From Haplodiscus bocki (lineage: Eukaryota), in assembly GCA_965655095.1 (NCBI GenBank), contig OZ296648.1, positions 103,168,001 to 103,232,000 of the forward strand: a stretch of 64,000 nucleotides of DNA, written 5' to 3'. Of the stretch, positions 1-13,319 are shown piece by piece. Under the pieces are notes generated by a model. That model was not told the origin of the DNA and did not search any database. It saw only the letters and a list, made by a program, of their open reading frames with translations. The first letter of the stretch is position 1, and every line of letters starts with the position of its first letter. A program made the translations under genes and the position numbers.

Positions 1-1240
1 TCTTGGCTGGTTCTCACATGATCACTGACGCTGGCAGGGCTACCACCTGCGGGCAAAAATTCAAAGCCCCATGATTACAAACAAATTTACAAAAAATGAA
101 GGACCTTTCGAAAACGAGGGTGTCAAGCGGAAAACGGTTTGAAGGTTTAGGACGATGAAAAGAACAGAAACATTATTCTCGATCTTTCAATATATCCCAG
201 TGGAACACAAGCACCCTACACGCATCAGTTGAACATGGCCTTCGTAAACAGTAAGAATTAAAGTAAACAAAACTTGAAGAAAAAATGAAATCAGATCAAA
301 ACCGTTGGAACTTTGCAAAACGAGAAGTAAGAAGTCAAGTCTTGACATGCTTAACTTTTACGTAGTCTCAGCCGGTATTGATATAGTGAATGACACTGAT
401 AGGTCTGCCATGTGTCGGAGCAAATTCAGAGCTCTGCCATTACAAAGAAAAGTACAAAAAAGAAGGTCCTTCCGAAAACATGGGTTTCACCTAATAACCG
501 TTTGAATATTTCAGACCAAAAACTCAAAACGTTCACGTTTGGCATTAGAGAACAAAACAAACGAACCACAAAACCTCAAAAGCAACAATTGAAGATGGAC
601 TTTGTAACCAGGAAGAAATCATCTGAAATTATTTTGAGAGAGGCCTTCAGGTTAAAACTGTCAAAACTTCTGCAAGACTCCAAATAGTCAAGTCGTAAAA
701 TGATCAACTTTTCTGTAAACTTGTTTGGCCGTGGCAACTTCAATGACACTACCAATGCCGCCACGTTCAGACCCCGACTCCAGTCCCCTGCAGTTCTCCC
801 ACACTTTCGAAGCAATATGCGCTAAAGACCTCCTAATCTTTTGTCAAAAAAATGATTGACCATTACTTTCTCATTCTTCATGGAGCTAGAAATTCAGATT
901 TTTGTGGAAACATGTTTTTTCTTGTATAACAGCGTTCAACAGGAACGCTAAAGACGTTAACGGCGTTCCTTGTTGGTATAAAGGCTGTAACGCCGTTTTC
1001 CTAGTAGGTTAACGGCGTTAGCGGCGTTTACGCCAATATACCGGAAAAATAGCTGCGTTTTCCCAACAAAGTTCGACCCGGGTGGTGGAGCATTTCCATG
1101 ACTCGAACTAGAAATTCAAGCTTTTACATGTTCAAATTTTTTTGCTTAAAACATGGTCACTGACACTCCTGGGCTATTGCACAAATCAACGTGGTGTCAC
1201 TGTTCACTGGATTACCTTTGATTCTCAATTCCTCCTCGAA

Positions 1241-1289
<49 letters not shown>
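1241..1289. repeat. (AG)n microsatellite
   Basis: Continuous GA dinucleotide run with one interruption; produces spurious ERER/LSLS ORFs. Confidence 0.97.
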
Positions 1290-1294
<5 letters not shown>

Positions 1295-1318
1295 ACGAGC
1301 AATAAGAGCATCCACGTG

Positions 1319-4300
1319 CACTGTAAACCTGACGCGTTCAAAATTACCTGGAAATGCAGGTAACTTTACCTGCGGACTGAATGTAAAAAGGCCCCACACG
1401 CAATTTACATGCGTTACCTGCAGTTTACCTGTAAAAACAGGTAAATTTACCCGCATCTACCGGCAAGCACCTCGAGCAGAAAACACGCGAACTGCTAGCA
1501 GCCGCGTATAAATTTACTTGATTATAACGGACATTTTACAGGTGATTTTACATGCAGAACTCATGTAAACTTACCCGCCACTAGCATGCAAAATTGTCTG
1601 CTTTGCGAGCGAAAAGACATGCAGTTTGCAGGCAAAAACACTAGAATCGCCGATGAAAATACCCGCTAAACGCAAGCAAAACTATCTGCAAACGCCCGCA
1701 AAAATATCTGCTCAATCGGAGGCAACAATTCCCGCGATTGCACACAAAAAAACCTGCAATTGCAGGCAATCTGCTATGATACCGCGGGCTAACTCACCTG
1801 CAAAATGCAGGTAAGTTAGCCTGCATCCTGCGGGTGAAGTTACCCACGACATGCGTGCTTTATAACGTGCTATCGCCTGTAGTCTGCGTGAGGTGCTTGC
1901 CGCGTAGAAGCAGGGAAGCTTACCTGTTTTTACAGGTTAGCAGCATGTAACGCAGGTAAACAGCGTGTAGTGCCTTTTTACAAGCGTTTCTCCGCAGTTA
2001 AAAATTCCCGCTTTTGCAGGTAATTCAACCGTATGACATATCTATTACTACTTGGAGGAAAACTAGACCGCAAGACTCTGTAACATAGGAAGTAAAGTAC
2101 TTCATCGATCAATCGATAATAGAAAATCCTAGGGCTATAAACTAAAGGTACATTTAAAGAACAGACCAGAATACCCCTCAAACTAACTTTCGAAGACTTG
2201 ATATTGTCGGAAGAGAAACACAATTGAGCGATCCTTGCAAATTTTAGTCCATGCAGATATGACGACAATCAAACGAGGTAGATTTCAACAAAAAAATCAA
2301 AAAATAATCCATTCGTTGACAAAACAGTTTTGGAACGCATTTGCAAACGTTTAAATAAAAGTGCAACTCGAGAAAACTTAAAACTCAAACCTGACCCAGA
2401 AATGAAAACAAACTCAGTCCAATGAAGATTGCAACTATCTTCACCAACACAATGAATTAAAGAGCAGTGTATCCAATTTCCTTCGATCATGCCTGAACAA
2501 TATTTGAGCATCAAGTCCAAGACATCTATTCCTCTCAAAAAGTTGAAGTTTTTTCTAGTCTTTGCAAGGCGGACAACATTTCCGGCAACAGCAGTGCCAC
2601 TAACGAGCAGGTGCATTTTTGGGCTCCATTAAAATCATTCAACACACAACTACTACGTTAAACAGAGTAGAACATTGAATGACAGTTAACATTAAAATAG
2701 CTTGAATACGAAATAATTGGTTGTCAGAAAATATAAAAGAAGTTTTTCATCACTACTTGCAAGAAAAACAGGCTGGAAGACGCAATAAGTTTGGAAAAAA
2801 CATTATATTGTAATGATAACGCTCATCAACCGTATTAGAAAATTCTACGGCTAAAAAGTACGGGCACATTTGAAGAGCAGACCAGAATACCCTTCGAACC
2901 CAATGTTCAAAAGACTTGATGTCATCAAAAAAGAAACGAAAATGAGCTACCCTACAGATTTCAGTCCATACGCAAATGGAAATGAAGGAACGAAGCATAA
3001 TGCGACCAGAAAACTGGAAACTCAACCCACTCGTCCTCATATGTTTTTCTTCAAGTGAGCTGTTTTTGATGATTTTGCACTCCTGCCCTGCAATAGATGC
3101 AGTTTGTATGTTTTGTTTACTATGGCCAAAGCAAGGGATTTTGCAGTATATCCGGAAATATAGAAAGAAAGCCCTTGTAATTTACTTTCCAGCAAAGCAT
3201 TTAGTCAAAATCATTTCAGAAGAAACATTTGCTTGAAATTCTCCACTTTTTAGAACGGTCAAACCTCCTTACTAGGAGTTGCCAATTATTGTACGCCATG
3301 TGTAGCTGCTAGCGATTGTTCTAACGTTTCTTTTTTCATAAATTTTCCAGCCAGTTTTGGAGACTGAACAAATTAAACGGACGAAGCTAGTTGATAACGC
3401 CACCTTTCCTGAAACTATGCAATATCCAAGGATATCGATTATTTAAATCACCTGAGGAACACATTTTTCTCTTTTACGCGGAAACTACACGTTTTTGCAT
3501 TTCAATTAAACTTATTGGCAACAGAATCGATTAGAAACACTTCAGAAATAACATATGTAACCAATATAAAGAAAACTGTAAGTCACCTGGCAGATAAACT
3601 TGACTCTTTGTTTCTGCCAGCGCAAGCATTTACCGCTTTCAGTGCGATTTTTTCGAAATTTTCAGTCTGCCCGAAGGAAACTTTGGTCCTACGCAACCAG
3701 TTTAGATATATACAAAAAGACGAGTTTCGAACACATGTCGAAAAGGCATAATTTTTTTGTAGTGATTGATACTGTTGGTGATTTGAAACACAGCAAAATT
3801 TGCCCAAAGGCAATAAAAAATTTTTCGATCTTCAAGGATGCATATCTGCTTTTTAGCCATATTATCATAAGTGAAATAATACTCAAGCGATTCTGCAAAA
3901 AGGAGATTGTGAAAGTTTAACACTATTTCAAATTGTGTCTTTTAGGAGCATGAGTTAGACTCTACACTCTTCGTTGTGCTTTTCCATCATCAAACTTTGA
4001 TTCAATATGTTTTGTGTTCTACTTTAATGTAGTCCGATAAAACCCTTTTTCGCATCATTTCTCTTCAGATTTTCTTTCCACAAATCTATGCTCCACTTTC
4101 AAATATCAAAACAGAACGACACCCATTTTTGTAGCTTCAGTTCGAAAAGACGTGACAAACTTTCCGCCGATGGTGCCAGCTTTCAGTATTTTTTAATCAC
4201 AATTTGTCTGGAAAAATGAATTGACCACATTTTAAAAATTTTCTCCCTGGCAACGAGCAACCTGCTTTTTCTGTACTCCAATGATTTTTTTTCAGTTTCA

Positions 4301-4824
4301 GTAGTGTTCCATATCATCTAAAAATCACAGTGCATTCAAGCGGTATTCACGCCCAAATCTTAGTTTTCCTCGACATTTTTCTTTCACTCGATAAATGTGA
4401 AAAAATTGAAATAGTGACAATAACCAGTTTCTGATCACGTCGGCCACACTGAAGGGTCTTTATGCGAGCCGTATTTTTTCTCTTCTTTTTCGGAACATGA
4501 TCAATTTTGAAGGGTTTACCGTTGACTTCAAAGTCAGCAAGTGATTACTTTGGTCAATTTGTGTGTTACTAGATAAAACGAAACGTCCTTAGTTTTGAAA
4601 AATACATTCTGACACTAACATTAAAGGGTCCAGGTGAATTACTTGCCGGTGCAAGTAAATTTCTGCCAGTTAGCTGAAGAAACCGCAGGCAATCGTTACC
4701 TGCAGAAACCACAGGCAATTGTTACCTGCGGAGGTTTTTGCCTACATCCGCGGGCAATTTTACCTGCAGAACGGTTTACCTGCGGACAACGCAGGTAACT
4801 TTGCACGCGCTAGTATTACAAAGT
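1319..4824. mobile_element. Putative non-autonomous CACTG-ended (EnSpm/CACTA-like) DNA transposon with motif-rich subterminal regions
   Basis: Left end CACTGTAAACCTGACGCGTTCAAAATTACCTG. The reverse complement of the right end (about 4790-4824) reads ACTTTGTAATACTAGCGCGTGCAAAGTTACCTG. Both 1319-2025 and 4630-4824 are packed with TTACCTGC/GCAGGTAA motifs in both orientations. No recognisable transposase inside, and the two ends may belong to separate copies. Confidence 0.5.
1342..2025. repeat. Imperfect long inverted repeat (arms about 1342-1480 and 1883-2025)
   Basis: TGTAAAAAGGCCCCACACGC...CCTGTAAAAACAGGTAA...GGCAAGCACCTC pairs with GAGGTGCTTGCC...TTACCTGTTTTTACAGG...GCGTGTAGTGCCTTTTTACA. 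Confidence 0.85.
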
Positions 4825-5169
4825 AGGCAAAGACACACATCAGCGAACATTTAAATACCTGAGTACCATTTAGGACATGCCCTTCCTGCATAGGGATGGA
4901 TTTTGCCTATTCTGGGTGGTATTCGTGTACCTTGTGTGGTACGGGAGTTTTTAAGATATGGTCCCAGTACACCCTTGTAAGTCTCCATTTCACCAGGTAT
5001 GGTTCTTGGCTAAAGTGGACCTGCTTTTGGAGAGGAGTGTCAATGAAAATTTACAGCAAAATACTATCAAAAAAATTAAATCTTTGACTGGGGGATACGT
5101 CAGAAGCTGGATACGTAAACGAGTGGACAAAAGATAACCAGAGTACGGCGGAAAGCTCGGGGCTTTCTT

Positions 5170-5820
5170 GTGGTGCCATATGACCCGGCAATGGGGTTCC
5201 TGTCTTCTGTATACTAAAACTTTCACGGTCGGATATTTACTTGAAGGTCCTCCACTCTCTCGAAATACTATCAGAAAAAGTGTTCTGTGGTGGCCGAAGA
5301 ATAACGAACCCGTAGCATCCTTTGGAAGCTGCTTTCTAGTTGCCAAAATAGGGAGGATTTTTTCAAGCTGTCGAACCCATTGGATCCCAACACACACTGA
5401 TCTATGGTTCTGCAAAAGTGCACAAGAGGAATAACCCTGTTAGACGAAATGTGTCATTGCCATGTTCAACCTACTTACTACCCACTAGCAAAGCAGATGA
5501 CAAAAAGGAGCTCAAAGCTACCTGAGTCTAAAATTTTTTGTATTGCATTCCAAGTGATGCGCGATGTATCTGAAATCCAACTTCAGGATTATGACCAACT
5601 GGTACATCTTGATGTTGAGGTGACCTTCACTAATGCACCGGTAAATCGAGTAAATCTCAAGTAATCGAGGCTGTTACAAACAAACTGATGGTGTTGCAAT
5701 GGGCAGTCCTGTCGTGCCACTATTCGAAAACTTATATATATTCAACTTCGGTCACGAATTAGGTCTTTCTAACCCTTTTTTCAAAGAAATTCCGACGAAA
5801 TTCTCCGAACGATGACACTT
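5170..5820 (+). mobile_element. Decayed Penelope-like element, RT fragment
   Basis: Frameshifted motifs typical of PLE reverse transcriptases: PIGSQ..IYGSAKVHKRNNPVR (about 5365-5445), LVHLDVEVTFTNAPV (about 5600-5645) and YKQTDGVAMGSPVVPLFENLY (about 5675-5740). Confidence 0.8.
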
Positions 5821-6469
5821 GTCTTCTCAATTTTGCATATAGTTTAGCGCAGCCTATCAAACACAACTCCAGCTACACAAAAAGTGGACGAAATCAACCT
5901 AAGCACTGTTCAACACAACAAAAAAATTTTTTGAACACATCCCCCGTCGACACCGAAAACGTATTTTGAAGCCACGTGCCGTTACTCAATTGTGCTTTGT
6001 TCCCACGGAACCAAACAAATCTAATCAAGTTATCTTAGAGAGTGTCCCACGAAACAGCTCTCATCGATATGTTGCTCTAAAATGCACGATTACAAAATAG
6101 AACATACCTTTTTACAACTCCATACATTCCGTACATTCCTTAAAAAGATATATATTTTCGCTGAAGATGAACGCAATCGTATGTGAAGAACTGAAAACAG
6201 TCTGTGATCAGTGAATGGATTTGGTTCTGGGCTGCTTCCTTCTTTCCCGTCTTCATGTATTACAAGAGAGATACCATTTCTTCATGATGTAGATTTTTTC
6301 TCCAGTGATTTGCCGATTCTGGCTTTGTCGGCTCAATGAAAAGGTATTTCACTCGAAATGTTCTTTCGGTCCGGTACAATCCAGTCTCGACTAGCGAGCA
6401 GCAAAAATTTCGGTCATTTTTTTTTCTGCCTGTTTGTCAAATCTGTGTTACTTGTCTCGCTCGAGTACA

Positions 6470-9008
6470 CAATGAATGACTTCCAGGAAATTCTACGCGA
6501 GCTGCCAAAGAGGAACATAGTACTTGTATGTGGGGATTTAAACTTCCCGAACACAAACTGGGCCTCTTGGACAACTTTTGATGAGGAGGAAGCCGAGTTA
6601 ATTGAACTGTTCAAAAGCAGACTGCTAAAGCAATCCATCAACTTTCCAACTTGCAACTCCAACACATTGGACGTGTTTTTCTACCAAAATTGCACAGTCT
6701 TTTCTGAAAACGATCAAAAATTCGATAAAACTTTCAATTGCTCTGACCACTTAGCAATTAAAACGTCTGTGGACTTCCGTTTCACAGAGTACAATCCGGT
6801 TCGAGAAAAATACAAAAGCTACGGGTCAGGTGACTATAAATCAATGATTGAAGAAATGGAAGGCACTCCGTTTACACCTGTATGCTTCACTAACATTGAC
6901 AACATGTATGCTGAGTACATTGACTACCTTGACTGGTTGTCCGACTTACACGTTCCCACAAGAACAAGTCACCGACAAACTCTGCCTCCCTGGATTCAAC
7001 CGAGCACCTCGCACGAATTGAAAAAACTTGAAACACAGAAACGACTATTATCTACACGCCCGACAAGCTAAAGAAAATCTTATGTTTGCCAACTCGAAAA
7101 CATGGTCACTGAACTCTGCGAACAAGATCGAATTGACTACCAAAACAAATTATTGGGATCCAGGTCAACTCACAGGATCTTCAAGCACCTAAAACACCTC
7201 AACAAATCGGCAATCATCCCACTGGTGGTCGAATTAAACGGGCGTTCTGCAGAAACTGATCAACAGAAAGCAGAACTTTTCAACGAGTTCTTCAATTCAG
7301 TTTTCGCGCCAAAAACGCACTTCAGCAAATCAGAACTCAATTATCAGACTTCTTCTCTATCAAACTTCTCTATATCAGTAAAAACTATCAGTAATTTCAT
7401 ATCAGACCTCGATATATCAAAATCGAGAGGGCCAAATGGGAAACCTCCTGTAATCTATAAATATACAAATCGTGAAATGAGCAAAACCCTGAATGTACTG
7501 TTCAAGAACATCAAACGTTTACGTAAAATGCCATCGAGCTGGAAAACAGCTGCCGTTTCACCCATTTACAAAAAAGACGACAGAAAACTCGTTGAGAATT
7601 ACAGAGGTATCTCACTTCTCGATATTGATGAAAAAATTTTTGAGAAATGCATGTACGAGCCGCTATACAAACACTTTGCATCCTACCTATCAAGGCATCA
7701 ACATGGTTTCGTACGTGGACGATCAGTTTACAGCAACATGTTAAGGTTCCTGAAAGACATTCATGAAGCTTTGGACAGGAACACCGATGACTACATCGTA
7801 GCTTTCTATGCTGATTTCTCCAAGGCCTTTGACCGAGTACCACATCAGCACTTGTTAAACAAACTCTGCTCCATCGAAGTCGGAGGCTGTTTATTGGATC
7901 TGCTTTACGACTATTTAGACAATCGGAAACAATATGTCAGAATTGGAAACCACTGTTCTAATCTACTTGACGTAACAAGCGGGGTCCCTCAAGGATCACT
8001 TCTTGGTCCCCTTCTCTACTGCATCTTCATCAATGATCTTCCCAATGCTCTACGTTTCAGCCAACCTTACATCTTTGCAGACGATCTGAAACTCCTCTAC
8101 ACTGGCCAAAACCAGTTAGACGCACAATCGGACCTCTCCTCAATTGAAAAATGGGTTGAATTAAATCAGATGAAACTTGCCCTTGAAAAATGCGGAATGC
8201 TCACACTAAAAGGCAGTGACGGAAATCTATCGCTTTACAAACAAAAACTAGAGAAGGTTAACGTCATCAAAGACCTCGGAGTTTTCATCAAGAACGATCT
8301 CAGCTGGACATGCCACATAAACGAGAGACTGAAAAAATCCAACAAAGTTCTCTACTTGCTCAGGAGAAACATAGCATACTCAGTCAACACCTTCGTGAAA
8401 CTTGGTCTCTACAAGTCTATTGTTCTACCAATTTTGCTGTACGGTTTTCATTGCGTCAAAGTATCTCGGACTGACCTACTCACTCTCGAACAGTTCCAAA
8501 GAAAAGTTGTCAAATGGATCTGCGGCGACTCAACCAGAAGCTACGTTGAAAAACTGCGTCTACTAAATCTCTTACCACTTCCGATTTTCTTGCAATTGAA
8601 CGATCTTCTCTTCCTCACGAAAATCTGCCCAGACGAAGACAACGAATTGAAATCAATACTACCGCACAATCTTAGTAAAGCCGAGAATAGCATGAGAAGA
8701 AAAGAAATTTTTTCTCTAAAGAAGACACGAACGGAGAAAAGACGAAGTGAATTTATCTTTCAAACATGCAGACTAGCCAACAAAATTGACGATAAAATAA
8801 AGTTCCACGAAGCGAAAAACTTAAAAGCTAGATTAATTAAACTCATGTGGGAATTTGTGGAGAAGAAGTTCTCATCTTCAAACGTCTGCACCTGGCAATT
8901 GTGTTGCGACTGTCAAAAGTGTAGAAATCTGTGGACGATATTTTAAAAACTCTACCGGGAGAAATCCCTCCTTTACGGAATTTCACATTAACAACAACAA
9001 CAACAACA
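6470..9008 (+). mobile_element. 5'-truncated CR1-clade LINE
   Basis: Partial APE endonuclease followed by RT, a short 3' UTR and an (AAC)6 tail at 8990-9007. The 5' boundary is approximate and no convincing TSD was found. Confidence 0.9.
6472..8946 (+). pseudogene. LINE ORF2 (APE endonuclease + reverse transcriptase) with one in-frame TAA at 7069-7071
   Basis: EN motifs GDLNFP, TLDVFF and SDH. RT motifs NYRGISLL, QHGF, DFSKAFD, GVPQGSLLGPLLY, FADDLK and KDLGV. ORFs 6358-7071 and 7102-8946 share one frame. Confidence 0.92.
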
Positions 9009-10243
9009 GTAGAATGTCGCTTCAGTTTGTCGAAGTCCCGTCCCACCTGATTTCTGTCGTAATGTGGCTCTTCGCAACAAACAGGATTTACACAACAACG
9101 TTCCAAGTTCGAACGCCTGCACTGTCGGACTCTTAAAAAAGTCTTCCTTCCTTCAAAAGGAGATTTTTGTTTCCATCTACGAAGAAATGTTCAGGTTTTA
9201 CAGCAGAATGTTTTTCGTTGGGTTTTCCATGGAATATCTTCGGATAAATTTCTCGCACTTGATTTTTGAAGAAGGTTGGGTAATCTGAAAACACGCCCAC
9301 AATCCTCTACTTTTCTTTTTTTCAGAATTTCATAAACAATCTTCTTGTTTCTTAAAAGCCAAAAAAGCATTGTTTTCTGGACAAATTAGACAGTTTTATT
9401 AAAAATCGAAAAACTTCCGAAAACTCCTTTTTCTCCTACTTAACTAATTCACTTCGTTGTTTATTGAAAACGTTTTTGAAACTTTTCCTGGTTTTCTCGA
9501 GAGCTTGTTTTCACAAGAAAATTTTTGAAGAGCTGAAAAAGTTATTAAAATTTTCTTCTAAAAGTTTACACCAATTTAATTATCAGAGCTTTTCTTTTGC
9601 ATTCAGTTTCAGTGTTTCTTAGTTTTCTGGTTAGATGGACAATAAAAACAGAGCACAATCAAATTTTTTTTCGCTGAAACCCTTATTTATATTATAACCC
9701 AGAAACAGGAAGGCATTGATTTCGCTGGATGTTGGAGATAACTTTCCTCCAAAACCACATGTTCATTTTTTTCCATCATGTCATCATGGGCTGGGTTGAC
9801 AGCCTCCTACATGAGAGGGCTCTTCAAAAGAAAATTCATCAAATTCATCCTTCTTGCCCGGGTCTTGAAAAACTGAAATAACCAAAAACGCTATTAGACA
9901 ATATAGATAATGGTTCTCAAACTAATAATTCTCTAAATGTGCCAGCTTGAAAAGGCCTCAATTGACAGCCTTTTACCTGTGGAGGGAAATCAGTAATTTT
10001 CCTCTTTCCGCCAGAATCTTGCTTTTTGGATATAGGCAATGACTGCTGAGATTACTGACAATATTTGACAGTCAGTTTCATAGTTGTTCATCAACACTAC
10101 CTAGAACGGTCAAAAGAAACAACCTCTCACGTAAAGAGGACTTTTCAAAAAAGAGTCACTAATTCTTTTCCTTGCTTCCGAAATCTTGCAGGCCACCAAG
10201 CGTTTGAATTCGTAGGAAATCTTTCATTTCTTGCCAGTAATGC

Positions 10244-10958
10244 TGGATTCTTAAATTTCCTGGTAGAATTCCTGGATTTTTGAATTTCCTGGTAAGACTC
10301 CTAGATTCTTTAATTTCCTGGTAGGAAGCCCAGATTACTGAGTTTCCTGGTGGGACATTTAGATTCCTGAGTTTCTTGGAAGTACACCTAAAATCTTGAT
10401 TTCACTGGTAGGAATCCTGTTTTCCTGAGTTTCCTATTAGGATTGAAATTTAACTTTTGAATGCACTAAAATCGTAGAAAATAGGTTTGAAAAAGTACTA
10501 ACTTTCTTTTCGGCAATGTTTCTTTCAGAAAAATCTCAGTAATATATATCACTGAAGAGAAATCAGTTCTTTTTGGCGAATGATTTGAAGCTGAAAATTT
10601 CGTTCCAGATTCAAGTTTTCTCCTAATCTTACAAATTGTGATGTTGCCTCGTGACATTTTGATCCGGCTTAATCGGAGATGATTCACATTTACACTACCG
10701 AAACAATAAGGTCTAGAACTAGATCTGATTTGATTGGTGTTTTTCGAGTTCTTTCTCCGCTCGATTTTTTTCACAAAGCAAAATTTTCAGATCCTTCCCG
10801 CTAGGACAATCCTAGACTCTAGAAGTTCCTGGTAGGAATCTTAGATTCCATAGTTTCCTGATTGGACATAGATTCTTGATTTTTCTGTTAGGACACCTAG
10901 GTTCCTAAATTTCCTGGTAGGAATCCTGTGTTCCTGAGTTTCTTGTTGAGATCTAGGG
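10244..10958. repeat. Degenerate 29-bp minisatellite in two blocks (about 10244-10444 and 10795-10958)
   Basis: Consensus approximately TTTCCTGGTAGGAATCCTAGATTCTTGAA. About 7 plus 5-6 units, separated by about 350 bp of unrelated sequence. Confidence 0.8.
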
Positions 10959-12890
10959 TCAGCATCTGAAATCACGAAGTTCGATAAACACATGAGCTAT
11001 GTGTAATTAAAACCGTACGTTTTTTCTAATTCATCATAATATGCTCCACTTTGACAATAGCAATTACAACATAATTAAATGTCATCGTGGCGACATGCAA
11101 TTGCTACTGTGCAACAAAGTTTAATCTCTTTAGAACCCGCTAAGTACATTGGAAGGTATTAGGCGACAGCACCAGGGACTATTTTATGCTTTTCGCCGCC
11201 CTAGATTTCCTGTATAATTTTCCATGATCTTGCATGATCTTGGTGTATTGCATGATCTTGAGGAATCGTGGAAGGATTCTGCCAGGAAATAAAGGATGTC
11301 AAATGCTAAGCGAAAAGACCTACAATGCTATTATTAGAAATGAGAAGGAATAATCAAAAAAGTCGATCTTGTTTTTTCCGTCGGACTCTCGTTAGTGCGA
11401 ATTTTGCGCAGGCTGCTACTAATTCAAACCTTCCTCTGTTCTCGAATTCATTTGTTTCCTAATATATTGGCTTGAATTCATCCATCAAGGCTTCAATTGA
11501 CAGTTTTTTTTAAAAAAAAGGACTTGGCGATAAAAAAACAACAATCTTATAACTTGCGGTGAATCCTGACAGGGCGAAAATGCCAAAAATTGTAATTATC
11601 GAGAACAAATTAAGATGTTCATTGTCACAATTTTTTCAAGACAAACTACCCCACTCCCCTTGCAAAGGTCGCAATCAAAAGTGTTTTTTACATTCAAAAA
11701 AGAAGGCGTTTAAAAAAACTTCATTTTTTTCTGCAGCGTCCGAATCCTGAAATCCAAAAAATGATTTCGAAAATTTATTACAAAATCCTTTACTCAGTCT
11801 TAAAACTCGTAATTCTCCAAAACTGCCAGCTTGAGTTTTCGAATCGACGGTTCAATCAACAGCTCTTCACTTGAGGAGGACTATCTTTTTGACCCTTGCT
11901 TACTGAAATTTCAAAACGACCTCGGCTTTATTTAGGCTTGGTGGCAAAAAATGATTTTGCTGTTAATCCGGTAAAAAGAGCTGAATGTGTTCTTATTTGG
12001 AAATCTATACTTCAATGTATCGAAAAAAGTTATTGGCGAGCGCTTTTTCTCATTGGAGCTATTTTCTGTAAGTTCTTGGAGTGTCTTTCTCAACTAAAAT
12101 GCCTTGGCACTGTCGCATAAAGCACAAAAAAAGAATGAAGCAAACATTTTTCTGCATCTGAAGTGGGATCAACGTTCAATTGTCAATTCATCCGCCAAAG
12201 CTTGAAGTTTGATCTGAGTAAAATATATGTTTGGCGGGACGTTGCAATTATATGCTTTGACTTCTTTCGAATAAACCGTTCCAAGTAAAATTGTCTGAAT
12301 GGGCCTATAGTGCTTCATACAAAAACCGGTTTGTTAACTGCTCGGATCTTAAAAAAATCTTTTCCCCCAATTCTAAGACATCATCCACTTTATCAAAAAA
12401 ATTATTGCTGAATAAAAGTCAACTCGGGAGGAGTTTGTGGATGTCAGGTTATGCCTTGACAGAAAGTTTTGTTTTTCAAGGTTGTTTCCAGGCCAACGAG
12501 ACAGAATACAGAAACTTCAGTCGATTAACAACTTTTCTGAACGCCGTTTTTGCAGCTGTTTTCAGAACTGGGTTAAATAGGAAAATCGTCATTTGGAGAT
12601 TTTGGTACAACGGAGTTTACAACCTAAAATTTTTCTGAGATAACTTTTCCAACTCAAAAAAGGAAGAACGAGAAAAAGAAGAACGACTAATAAGAAATAG
12701 TCCTGCTTAGTTGTTGTCTTGTTGAATTTTCATTTTTTGCGCCATCACAGAGTCTAGTCGTCATGTCTGAACGGTCAAAAAAGACCAGATTTTGGTAAAA
12801 ACTCGTTCGATTTGGGGTTCTTCGGTGCAAACTACACAAACAATGGGCTTCGAAAAAGCATAACTTGAAAAAATATTGATTATGTATAAA

Positions 12891-13319
12891 TTATGTATAG
12901 ATAATCGTTATATCAGTGTAAGGACCAACTTCTTGGCCAGAGTTTTGTGTAGTCTGGCTGCGGAAGATGCCTGCTTCAGGATGAGGGTCACTCATGGAGT
13001 CGTCCTCATTCGTTCCCTGGTTATCCACGTTTGTGTTTCGGAATGTTTCCGGAACGATTCCGGAGTGCATCCGTATCTGTTGGTTCAGAAGAAACTCGTC
13101 TAATTTAGACAGAGTACCCAAAATGCGGCACTCTGTCCTGCTGTACTCCTGGGACAGTTTTTTAGTGACTCTGCCTTCTATCTCCTCAGAAAGTTGTGTG
13201 ATATATTCCTCGTTAATTCTAGGAACGGATGTGTTTCGTGACTGGCCGTTTCTAGGATGTTCCTCTTGTGTTTCTCTTGTAACGGCTGCCAACGTTCGTT
13301 TGTTTCTCAACGTTGCCAT
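12891..13319 (-). CDS. Gag N-terminal ORF encoded inside the 3' LTR (MATLRNKR...), open into the flanking DNA
   Basis: 142-aa ORF. All but the last few codons lie within the LTR and match 18544-18945. Expression unknown. Confidence 0.55.
   Translation of the reverse strand: MATLRNKRTLAAVTRETQEEHPRNGQSRNTSVPRINEEYITQLSEEIEGRVTKKLSQEYSRTECRILGTLSKLDEFLLNQQIRMHSGIVPETFRNTNVDNQGTNEDDSMSDPHPEAGIFRSQTTQNSGQEVGPYTDITIIYT

Noticed and set aside
10244-10958. 29-bp repeats as a CRISPR array
   Set aside because: Units are contiguous and degenerate with no unique spacers, there are no cas genes, and the context is eukaryotic.
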